Shown piece by piece: positions 53,310 to 64,000 of a DNA stretch of 64,000 nucleotides (position 1 is the first letter of the stretch; every line of letters begins with the position of its first letter). The translations under genes were made by a program, and so were the position numbers. Origin of the DNA: Rhizophagus irregularis (lineage: Eukaryota); NCBI RefSeq assembly GCF_026210795.1, contig NC_089433.1:4774001-4838000 (forward strand). Direction: 5' to 3'. A model generated the notes under the pieces. That model was not told the origin of the DNA and made no database searches. It was given only the letters and a program-made list of their open reading frames with translations.

Positions 53310-53895
53310 TTGATATTTCCAATGTAAATCACCAATATCATAATTTCCTATAAATTCCCATCCATCTTGTTTTACATGATATACATTAATAGAACCACCA
53401 GATGCAGAATCCCTATGGCAGCATAATAAATTGAATGTTTTCCAAGTTCAATAGCTTTTTGAACAGTTAAATCAGAATCAAATCCACTATCTACAACTTC
53501 ATAAGCAAATGGAGATCCAGAACCAACTGATGTTTCCCATCTGAATCTATATAAAAAATATTTGGTTCAGTTTTATCCCAACTGGCAACCATAGTTCCCA
53601 TTGAAAGTTCTATTCCTTTATATGTATAAACTATGTTTGCCAATAATTTTGAAGCTGTTGCTACAGAAATTTGTTCTTTATTTCTCAATTCATACAGTAA
53701 TCTGCAATGTCTTCTGAATTCTCTCTTCCAGAATATACATCAGCAGTACTACTGACCATTGTTTCTAAAGATAGGCATTGATTTTGATAACCTTTCTAAC
53801 AGTTTTGTGTAGCAATGAAACTTTCAGCAGAAGTATATGAATCAACAGCAACTATGATGGCATGATGCCCCTTGGAATTTAAATGAAAGTGTCAT
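53310..53895 (-). pseudogene. PRE2: 20S proteasome beta-5 subunit pseudogene (no introns visible), with a partial second copy at about 54110-54195
   Basis: Broken frames TLSFKFQG..IIVAVDS...TVRKVIKIN...[46 protein letters not shown]...VGSGSPFAY...[20 protein letters not shown] follow the beta-5 motif order. Many frameshifts and stops. Confidence 0.85.
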
Positions 53896-54929
53896 GTTTC
53901 TTGCTCATATCATCATATTCAAGCCCTAAGTTCCATTTTTGAAATTGAAACAGCAGTTCCATCAAGCATACCATAATCTTAAAAATCTTTCTGACTTCTC
54001 CTTGTAAATGATTTCTTCATCATCATGGTCAAGCCTTTATTATTTTTAAGTTGTTTTTGGCAATAAATTCTGAATATTGATTATGATTGTATATCAAACA
54101 TTGGCCATACAGTTCCCATCTTGGTCCAGTTTTGTCCCAACTGGTGACCAACTGACTATAGTTCCCATTGAAAGTTCCATTCCTTTATATGGATATCTTA
54201 ATTAATATCTCTCCTTATTTCTTAAATATCACTTTTACTCATAGATTAGCTCTCCAATGATATCAGGGTGTAAAGATCCTTGTATGATATAATATGAAAA
54301 AAATTATTGCAAAAGTTATTAATTTTGAATTATAAAAATATCATTGCAAAAAAAATTGAATTACAAAAATAAAATATTATTGAAAAAAATTAAAATAAAA
54401 AATATTATTGCAAAAAAAATTTTGGATTTTGGAAAAAAAAAATATTTTGAAAAAAAAAAATCACAAAAAAAAATTTGGCAATTAATTACAGGTCTTTATA
54501 TTAAAAAAAAAATTTGCTCATACTTATTTTCAATAATTATGAGTCAATACTGCATCACTTTTATTAATATTGTAACTTACAATTAAAAATGACTCACAGT
54601 TAAATGATAATCTTTCTATGTTTTTCATTATTACTCATAATTACACCAATATTTTTTTATTAATGACTCATAAGTTAAATGATAATCTTTTTATGTTTTT
54701 CAATATTACTCATAGTTACACCAATATTTTTTATTAAATTTTTACATATGATTACTATATATGATATATACATCATACTAATAAATTGTTTGTAGCAGAG
54801 ACTTATCTGAAATTTTTATTACAAAAAAATATCTAATTTATCATGAAGATAGTAAATAAAAGTAATGATACTTATATATATAAAAGGGACGGGTTTATGT
54901 AAAAAAGGAGTTGATACTACATTAAAAAC

Positions 54930-55250
54930 TAATGCATATAATGAATTATGTGGAATGTTAAACAATTTTATTAATACAAAAATTTGTCAAATGTTTCACA
55001 GCTGAGTTTAAAAGATCTAATTGCTAATCTGATTGTTTTTACCCAAAGAGGAAGGCCACCAAATCAGTATAAGTTCTTTAGAAATAGCACAATCAAGATT
55101 AAAACATAAGCCACTTTCAGATATATCTGGTAATAGGAATGTGGGTAAAATAGAAGAAATTAAAATGAGAAACATTGGATAATCATAAATCAAGACAGGT
55201 TAAAAATTGTAAAGAGTATGGACATTATAGTAAAACTTGACCTGTACTAA
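54930..55250 (+). mobile_element. Possible MULE transposase C-terminal remnant
   Basis: ELCGMLNNFI...RGRPP...NCKEYGHYSKT* resembles the GRP plus CCHC-knuckle tail of Mutator-like transposases. Decayed. Confidence 0.4.
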
Positions 55251-58200
55251 ATGAATAAAGAGTACCAATTCAATTTGGTATTGCTTTTAATAAAAGCTTT
55301 GATTTCCTTATATTTGTATTTTTTTGCTTTTTTAGTTGTTCCTTTTTAGTTGTTTAAATCCAAAGCAGTATTGTCTTTAATAATTAAAGTGCAGTGCGTA
55401 CGCGGGCTGAAGCTATTGGTAAATTATAAAAACATTACAAATATCCGACCAACATTAAGTAATTTTGGTGATTTCAGTAACTGTATCACTGGTGAAATCA
55501 CTGGTAACACCGGCCTACAGTAATTTTAACCCCAGTTAAAATTAGCAGACCTATTTTGTAAATTGTTTTTTAATTGTTGTAATTGTTTAATTAATAATAC
55601 TTATTGAATTATTTAATAATACAGTTATTTTCATATTAGTCCTTTTTTTACCAATTTTTTTCCATATTATTGTTTTGATTTTTTACTATTTTTTTTTCGC
55701 ATGATTTTATCTTTTTTTCTTTTTTTTTTTACTTTTTTACTATTAATAGATCTCATTATTGTGATTAATTTAACTTGTAACAATCGGATCAAAACAAAGT
55801 TTTAAGTAAACAAGCTATTAGAAGTTAGAACCTTATTTAATGATAATACCTGCATATTTTAACTTGCTTTCGTAAGTTTCATAAGTTTACTATTTATCTT
55901 ACATAAAGTCACTATATCGCAAAATTTAGTTATAAGTAATGTTAAAAGTACAGATCATGCATTGAATTATATCTCTGGTTATGTCTATACTTTGGAAGAG
56001 ATATTGTTTTGTGAAGTTCTAAAGGTCAAATTACTAGATTATAATATAATTTACTGTAAAATGGAATATTATGAAATAAGACTAAGAGATACTGATTTTT
56101 CTATAAAAGATTATGTATTTCACATCATAAAGCGATAATTTCGTTTGAGATATAATAATTTCGTTTGTCATATATAAGAAATCGATACAATGAACTATGA
56201 AGATTTTTAATTGGAAGGAACGTACTATTCATATTTTATATAAGATTAAAATATTATTGAAATAATTCCATAGTTCTGTAACTTTGTAATATATTTAATG
56301 CTCATATTTTTGAACACCTTTGAAATCTTTCTCCTATGAAAAGTTTTAGTGATATAATCAGTAACCACTTATTTGATAAAAAATAAAATAAAAAATATAT
56401 ATATACTGTATATATATATATATAAATACAATAAATAAACACTAATTTTTTATATTCATTTCATCGTATCAATTCAACTTCAACTCATAAAGAAATTAAT
56501 CTAATAAAGTGCTTTAAATTTTAAAATTTTAAAATTGGTTGCAAATTAACGTGATTTTTATGTAATCAAGATCAGTAAGAATTAAGCTGTTAATTTAGAA
56601 TAACTGAAACAAATTAAAATATATTACTCACAATCTGAAACTATGAATAAGAAAATATTGTGAACAAGGTTTTAGGTTACTTGGAAATTCCAACTTATGA
56701 AATTATTGGTGGCGAAACCAAAATAAGCGTTGGCTTACAATAATATATAACAAAATCCATTAAATACAAATCGAACAAAAAGAAAATTTAGGTTGGATAT
56801 TAGTCTAACAAGTTAATAAAGGTTAGCAGATTTAAACTTTGCGTACTACTAAAGTAAAAGGATATTCTTGGTAGATATAATTCTCAAAATTGTATCTTTT
56901 TAATACTTGATATAAAATTAGAATATTTTTTTTTTTTTTAACTGATAATTTATTCGGTTCATAAATCCTATTGTAAAGTGAAAGTAGATTTTTGACAGTG
57001 TACTTTAAACGCTACAAAAATTTTATCGACCAAAATTGTTCAAAATATATTATTTTCCATCATACTGTATACGAATTGATGGATTATAGAAAGTAAGTTT
57101 TCTTTTCTTAACCAAAGAGCGGGAGGATTATATCAAATTAAAGTTCCTTTTTTTAGCACCATATCAACATACCATGGTATATATAGTAACGTTATTAATT
57201 TTTTTATCTGTTATCAACAATTACATTTCATATTTAAATATTTTAAGCAACATTAAAATAAAGTCATTAAATTATCGAAATCTCCAAATTGGATGACTTT
57301 ATTAATTTAAATTCTTCAATAAACACTACATGATAGTAATTTAGTTTTTGAAGATATCAGCGTAACGTTTAAAGCCAAAATTCTGTATTACTTAGTTTGT
57401 ACCTTGAAAACTAATCATTTGAATGTTAAGAGATAAACACTCAAATTAATCCATTTAATATTACATACTATATTATTATTAATTAGTAATCCATGTACCA
57501 ATCGGACCACCCCTTAAATCTGCATTTCCAATATAGGAATATCCACCAATTTTTAATCGAATAGATTGAAATTTTTAATGAAAAAACTTTGACATTTGCT
57601 TTATTTTATTAAAGTATCAAAAATAGCTCTTAAAAAAGTCAAACTTTCACCAATAAACTTTAAATTTCTTCAATTCGTAATTTGTGTAACCATCGACACA
57701 AAACCGAAAAATTTTTTCACTTAATAATTTGAAAATAAATGCTTTAAATATGTTCAGAACTTATATTTTAAGATAAAATTACCATTTTTAAATTCCTAAA
57801 GATTGATTTATAAAAGTTTCATATAAGCATTAAAAATGGGAAAATGGATTATTGTTAGTTAACCTTAAAGTAGGAAATATTTTTACATTTATTATATCAT
57901 TTTTTTTTTAATATTCTATTAATATATGTCCAAAGTATATATGTGTGAATTTTGAGACTTCTTGCTAGTACTTTTATTAGAAAAAAAAATGATAAATAAT
58001 TTTTACTAAAATTTCGCTAATTGATGATATTTAAAAGCAATTCGCAAAATTTTGAGTTTTGAAATACTTAAATTTATATTTTTACAAAATAGATTTAATC
58101 TCTAAGTTTTTTTTAAAAAAAAATTTAATTGGTTTGGCTAAAAATTGACCGACTTTACTTTTTTTGGAAGTGGAGATTTGATTTTGCCGATCACTAGGTC

Positions 58201-58539
58201 CGATTCATTCGTGGATCGGCAATTAATTTACAAAAAGATGAAATTCTTTCATTAGTTAAACTTTTTTTTTCTTTTATGCAAAAATTAACAAATTATTCTT
58301 TTATGGATAACTGTTTAATACAAACTGAAATTCTTGGTTAGTGTGGTTGTCTAGTTAAAATTGATAAATTTAAGTAAGATGCAAATGCACAATAAATTTT
58401 TAAATTTAAATTTTTTTTTTCAGTTTGATCTGTAAAGTTAGACAGACATTCAAAATTTTACGTATATTATCTTTCGTTCATCTACAAATCACAATATTAA
58501 ACTTAACCACTTTTTTAATATAATTTTCAAAATTTTATT

Positions 58540-59850
58540 TGATAAATCGGTATAATACAGTATTTTCAATTGTTCAATCAAGATCTTTGTCAATTTATTC
58601 TTATTATACTATACTAAGCCTGTAAATTGAAATATTCGAATTATTTCCCCATTTCCTAAAAGTTAACATGATGGTTGACTTGCAAAGACAACGCATGTGT
58701 TCCTGTTATTTTTCCCGTATTTATAGTATAATAACGACTGCTCAACCATGTCTTGATGAGGCATCAAGATTATTTGACAAGTACATTTTTTGCTATCTCT
58801 CGGTAAATATCCTAATGACATAAAGATAATATTTAGCAAAAAATATTTTCATCTGGTTCTTAATTTTTTGTCATACTGTGATAATAATAAATATACCACT
58901 CCCTAAATGATATATTAGAATATTTGAGGGATTTTTCAGTTATAAGAGATACTATATAAAAGGGGATATCACGTAATCCTATAGCTCCTTAGGTGTTACT
59001 CAAAAATCTATTATATCAAAAATAATTCTATTCATCGTATAAGGAAATAAAACATTTCCTAAGCGTTGACTAATTGATTGATTAAAATGTTAAAAAAATA
59101 TTATAAATCATGCTAAACTTAAATTGCGTTAATCGTACAAACACAATTTCTAATTTTTCATAAGAATGTTTTCAATCGTTATCACGCAAGTCGCTAAGAA
59201 TGATAACATCAGCATTATTGAATACCGACTCATTGAAAGGCGAAGGATGTATATTTATACCATGGAATGATGATGGTACTACGGCAATCCATAAAAAAAA
59301 AAATAAATCTTTCAAAGTAAATAATTAATTAATCAAGCAAATTTTGCTTAATGGTAAACTTACCTTTTACTTTCACAATAAATAATCCAATTATCACTAC
59401 AAAGACAATAACTTGAAATATATGCAGTAACTATATAAATTCTATTGAACATGTTAGAATAATCTTACAGGCTTCTATTAATATAAGATTGAATGTCAGC
59501 TATTGAATATAAAAATTTTCCAATCTGTGAAAAAATATTTGTAGACCCAGGTTGTGATTTAGTTCGACTTTGAAGTACACTATCACCAAAGAAATGCGCC
59601 AATTCCTTCATTATCCTTCTATAAAAGACAAATATGAAATAAAAATAACCAATTATTTAATATTTTAAATTATCTTACCGTCCAAATAAAACCGTAGCTC
59701 AAATCTTTGCTTTGAATATTCGGTAACAGTAAACATATGATTATAATTAATAAATAAATATGAAATTAATACTATTCCAATTGAACGAACTCCACCATCC
59801 ACACCTTCACCAATCACCATCATCATCCAATTTATGACTGACGCTATTTA
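58540..59850 (-). pseudogene. INTS9: Integrator complex subunit 9-like (inactive MBL/beta-CASP) gene remnant
   Basis: Collinear spliced fragments RIMKELAHF...YSIADIQS, SSYCLCSDNWII, HPSPFNESVFNNADVIILSDL, IPFYIVSLITEKS/LKYSNI and TCVVFASQPS match the recalled INTS9 motif order. Stops and frameshifts are present. Confidence 0.7.
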
Positions 59851-61244
59851 TTAAAAAATGTTCAGTTTAATTAATTAATTTGCTAGTACCAATTTTATTT
59901 TGGTACAATTTATAACAGACGAACTTTAAATTTTTTGGGGCAATGTGAAAATCAAAAACAAAGATCTGATTTTATGTTATTTTTTAACGTAATGAAAATA
60001 CAGGCGTGTAACGAACGTCTGCATACTGTAGTCATGTTATTTATCTACGTGCGCAGTAAAACATTATTCAAAATTATTCAATTTATGAATGGGTTACTAA
60101 AATAAAGGTTTTAACCAAAAATAGAAGGATTGACTACGATTATTTATTTTTTTTTCGGGCCGTATTATTTCCGATACAATGATCTGCGTTACATTTTATG
60201 GCGAATTTTTATCGCCGTTTTTCTCCGAGGGTAAAACATGTTTTAACTAAAATTAGAAATTTGTTTACGTTAAATAATAAAATATGCCTATAGAAGAATT
60301 TTTTGAAATTTTTTTTTTCAAATTTAATTAATATACAAAAATTAGAATTTTACGTGGGCCAATCTAAATTTAGGATTCATTTATTTTAACTTTTGACATA
60401 TATTTTTATCAAAAATGGATTTAATTTATATATTTAACTTTTATTATTTTTTAAGCGTATCAGCTATCAGGTATGATACTCAGAAAATTTTTTGAAAAAA
60501 AAAATTTATTTTTTTAATACTATTTGTATATTTTAAGTATATTTGTGAGTATACCGAGTATAACAAGATTCTTAATTTATAATAATCATTTAATTATACA
60601 ATGTATCGTCAAATTTCTGAGAACATAAAAAAAATTACTATGTAATTATTACAATTGTATTAGTGTAACGATTTTTTACACCTATACAATAGGTTTTATT
60701 TGTGGAAATATTCAACTCATACTCATTTATTTATCTACCAATTTCATTGAAGAACATGTTGATTAAAAATGTTTCTTATAATCTTAAAATTTTTCAAAAA
60801 TTAAGCTTGTTTATTTTACATTAACATTTTTTTTTATTTTAGATTCTACTTAAATAGAGCTTTTAATATATAATGCTTTTAAATTAAAGTTTATTTAAAT
60901 AATAGGATGTTAAAATACATAAATTATTTGAAATTTTGCGTATGTCTTACTATACTAAAACACAGTGAAATTCGACACATCAGACCAATCAAACCTTTTT
61001 CAAGAATTTGATATATTATGGAAAACGTGACTGCTTATTTATTGATGTAGATCAGTGCATCGGAAAAAATATGACCCGAAAAAAATTCATTTTTTTATTG
61101 TAACTTCTACTTTTGATTAAATATATTCCTTTTTAGTAATTCATTCATGGAATATTGAATAAAAAAAAATTTTTTTTTTTCAAAAAATAAATTTCTAAAC
61201 ATAACCTGCTGCGTATGAGGATAGAATAATTACCTCCTAACCAA

Positions 61245-64000
61245 ATGGAAACTAAACTTAGTAATTTAAATATCTCAGATAAAGATACTGATACAATAAA
61301 TACCAAAATTTGTTGTAAACCATTCACTAAAGAATTATGGTGTAAAGAATGCATTAATTCTTTAGAAAGATCAGCAGAAAATGGTGATAAAGTAGCAATG
61401 TTTAATTTAGCCAATAGATATAAAGATGGAGAAGGAACAGAAAAGGATTTAGAAAAAGCCCTTTATTGGTATCAAAAAGCAGCAGAAAAAGATCATATTA
61501 AAGCAATGAATAGTTTGGCCATATGTTATTATCATGGAGAAGGAACAGAAAAGAATTTAGTAACAGCCTTTTATTGGTATCAAAAAGCAGCAGAAAATGG
61601 CGAAGATGAAGCAATGTTTAATTTAGCCAATAGATATTATAATGGAGAAAGAACAGAAAAGAATTTAGAAAAAGCCTTTCATTGGTATCAAAAAGCAGCA
61701 GAAAATGGTTACACTAGTGCAATGTTTAATTTAGCAATATGTTATAAAAATGGAGAAGGAACAGAAAAGAATTTAGAAAAAGCCCTTTATTGGTATCAAA
61801 AAGCAGCAGAAAAAGATCATATTAAAGCAATGAATAGTTTAGCCATATGTTATTATCATGGAGAAGGAACAGAAAAGAATTTAGTAACAGCCTTTTATTG
61901 GTATCAAAAAGCAGCAGAAAATGGTGAAGGAGAAGCAATGTTTAATTTAGCCAATAGTTATAAATATGGAGAAGGAACAGAAAAGAATTTAGAAAAAGCC
62001 TTTCATTGGTATCAAAAAGCAGCAGAAAATGGTTACACTAGTGCAATGTTTAATTTAGCACATAGTTATAAAGATGGAGAAGGAACAGAAAAGAATTTAG
62101 AAAAAACCTTTCATTGGTATCAAAAAGCAGCAGAAAATGGTTACACTAGTGCAATGTTTAATTTAGCCATATGTTATAAAAATGGAGAAGGAACAGAAAA
62201 GATTTTAGAAAAAGCCTTTCATTGGTATCAAAAAGCAGCAGAAAATGGTTGCACTAATGCAATGTTTAATTTAGCCATATGTTATAAAAATGGAGAAGGA
62301 ACAGAAAAGAATTTAGAAAAAACCTTTCATTGGTATCAAAAAGCGGCAGAAAAAGATTATATTTATGCAATGTTTAATTTAGCCATATTTTATAAAAATG
62401 GAGAAGGAACAGAAAAGATTTTAGAAAAAGCCTTTCATTGGTATCAAAAAGCAGCAGAAAGAGATCATATTGAAGCAATGAATAGTTTAGCTATATGCTA
62501 TAAAAATGGAGAAGGAACAGAAAAGAATTTAGAAAAAGCCCTTCATTGGTATCAAAAAGCAGCAGAAAATGGTTGCACTAATGCAATGTTTAATTTAGCC
62601 ATATGTTATGAAAAAGGAGAAGGAACAGAAAAGATTTTAGAAAAAGCCCTTTATTGGTATCAAAAAGCAGCAGAAAATGGTTGCACTAATGCAACGTATA
62701 ATTTAGCCATATGTTATAAAAATGGAGAAGAAATAGAAAAGAATTTAAAAAAAGCCTTTCATTTGTATCAAAAAGCAGCAGAAAAAGATCATATTAGAGC
62801 AATGGATAGTTTAGCTATATGCTATAAAAATGGAGAAGGAACAGAAAAGAATTTAGAAAAAGCCTTTTATTGGTATCAAAAAGCAGCAGAAAAAGATTAT
62901 ATTTATGCAATGTTTGATTTAGCTGATAGTTATTATAATGGAGAAGGAACAGAAAGAAATTTAAAAAAAGCCTTTCATTGGTATCAAAAAGCAGCAGAAA
63001 ATGGTTACACTAGTGCAATGTTTAATTTAGCCAATAGTTATAGAAATGGAGAAGGAACAGAAAAGCATTTAGAAAAAGCCCTTCATTGGTATCAAAAAGC
63101 AGCAGAAAATGGTCATACTAGTGCAATGTTTAATTTAGCCCATAGTTATAAATATGGAGAAGGAACAGAAAGGAATTTAGAAAAAGCCTTTCATTGGTAT
63201 CAAAAAGCAGCAGAAAAAGATCATATTAACGCAATGTTTGGTTTAGCTATGTGCTATGAAAATGGAGTAGGAACAGAAAAGAATTTAGAAAAAGCCTTTC
63301 ATTGGTATCAAAAAGCAGCAGAAAATGGTTACACTAGTGCAATGTTTAATTTAGCCAATAAATACAAAGATGGAGAAGGAACAGAAAAGAATTTAGAAAA
63401 AGCCTTTCATTGGTATCAAAAAACAGCAGAAAGAGATCATATTAAAGCAATGAATAATTTAGCCAATCGCTATTATAATGGAGAAGGAACAGTAAAGAAT
63501 TTAGAAAAAGCCTTTTATTGGTATCAAAAAGCAGCAGAAAATGGTGAAATAGTAGCAATGAATACTTTAGCCAATCACTATTATAATGGAAAAGGTATAG
63601 AAAAGAATTTAGAAAAAGCCTTTCATTGGTATCAAAAAGCAGCAGAAAAAGATCATATTGAAGCAATGAATAGTTTAGCTATATGCTATGAAAATGGAGG
63701 AGGAACAGAAAAGAATTTAGAAAAAGCCTTTTATTGGTATCAAAAAGCAGCAGAAAATGATAAAGTAAATCCTAAAAATGAAGTTAAATCATGTAATGAA
63801 TGCAAGCAACCATATACTGATTATCAGTGGTGCCAACAATGTAATACTAGACGATTTCAACAAGATTTTTCAAAATGGACTAGTAAAAATAAATTTATTG
63901 ATGAATTTATTCAAGAAGCACAACTAAATGCTAAAAATAGTTATGGAATTTTAGAATGGATACCTTATAATAAATTGTCAAGTATTAGTTATTATAATAA
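61245..64000 (+). CDS. Sel1-repeat (22 copies) protein followed by a kinase N-terminal module; 3'-partial
   Basis: Open frame from ATG 61245 to the window end, absent from the ORF track because it has no stop. 22 repeats of 36 aa (AMFNLAxCYxNGEGTEKNLEKAFHWYQKAAENG), then CNECKQPYTDYQWCQQC..WTSKNKFIDEFIQ..LEWIPY. Confidence 0.92.
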   Translation, partial: METKLSNLNISDKDTDTINTKICCKPFTKELWCKECINSLERSAENGDKVAMFNLANRYKDGEGTEKDLEKALYWYQKAAEKDHIKAMNSLAICYYHGEGTEKNLVTAFYWYQKAAENGEDEAMFNLANRYYNGERTEKNLEKAFHWYQKAAENGYTSAMFNLAICYKNGEGTEKNLEKALYWYQKAAEKDHIKAMNSLAICYYHGEGTEKNLVTAFYWYQKAAENGEGEAMFNLANSYKYGEGTEKNLEKAFHWYQKAAENGYTSAMFNLAHSYKDGEGTEKNLEKTFHWYQKAAENGYTSAMFNLAICYKNGEGTEKILEKAFHWYQKAAENGCTNAMFNLAICYKNGEGTEKNLEKTFHWYQKAAEKDYIYAMFNLAIFYKNGEGTEKILEKAFHWYQKAAERDHIEAMNSLAICYKNGEGTEKNLEKALHWYQKAAENGCTNAMFNLAICYEKGEGTEKILEKALYWYQKAAENGCTNATYNLAICYKNGEEIEKNLKKAFHLYQKAAEKDHIRAMDSLAICYKNGEGTEKNLEKAFYWYQKAAEKDYIYAMFDLADSYYNGEGTERNLKKAFHWYQKAAENGYTSAMFNLANSYRNGEGTEKHLEKALHWYQKAAENGHTSAMFNLAHSYKYGEGTERNLEKAFHWYQKAAEKDHINAMFGLAMCYENGVGTEKNLEKAFHWYQKAAENGYTSAMFNLANKYKDGEGTEKNLEKAFHWYQKTAERDHIKAMNNLANRYYNGEGTVKNLEKAFYWYQKAAENGEIVAMNTLANHYYNGKGIEKNLEKAFHWYQKAAEKDHIEAMNSLAICYENGGGTEKNLEKAFYWYQKAAENDKVNPKNEVKSCNECKQPYTDYQWCQQCNTRRFQQDFSKWTSKNKFIDEFIQEAQLNAKNSYGILEWIPYNKLSSISYYN
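61385..63760 (+). repeat. Coding tandem array, 22 x 108 bp (Sel1 repeats)
   Basis: The tatcaaaaa(g/a)c(a/g)gcagaa motif recurs at exact 108-bp spacing from about 61470 to about 63740. Confidence 0.95.

Noticed and set aside
55388..55418. Helitron 3' end (GC-rich hairpin plus CTRR)
   Set aside because: The hairpin is imperfect and followed by CTAT rather than CTAG; kept only as a possibility within the CpG-depleted finding.
55840..57700. Decayed F-box/LRR-like coding remnants
   Set aside because: No motif could be read convincingly in any frame.
61385..63760. CRISPR-like appearance (constant blocks alternating with variable blocks)
   Set aside because: The period is 108 bp, in frame, and encodes Sel1 repeats. 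The variable parts are homologous to each other and there are no cas genes.

Overview
Very AT-rich eukaryotic genomic DNA with short GT-AG introns. The gene families present (BTB-BACK-TLDc, TKL-type kinases with CxxC/WTSGN modules, Sel1-kinase, Crinkler NTPase-REase, Argonaute) point to an arbuscular mycorrhizal fungus, Rhizophagus-like. This is an inference from family content. Apparently intact genes: two BTB-BACK-TLDc genes, a 13-exon Argonaute, a kinase, two secreted Cys-rich proteins, a KH protein and a 22-repeat Sel1-kinase that runs off the right edge. Disrupted loci: GH125, two Crinklers, a multi-module kinase, proteasome beta-5, an INTS9-like gene, and retropepsin, LINE and MULE fragments, plus several MITEs. 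The top finding is a full-length, cleanly spliced Argonaute (831 aa by manual exon assembly). It keeps its MID guide-binding residues, but all four slicer tetrad positions are changed (DEDH to S-D-N-R). About 750 bp upstream, a fold-back MITE has inserted just before the stop codon of the neighbouring co-oriented kinase's last tail exon. All gene models and motif comparisons were done by eye; no database searches were run.
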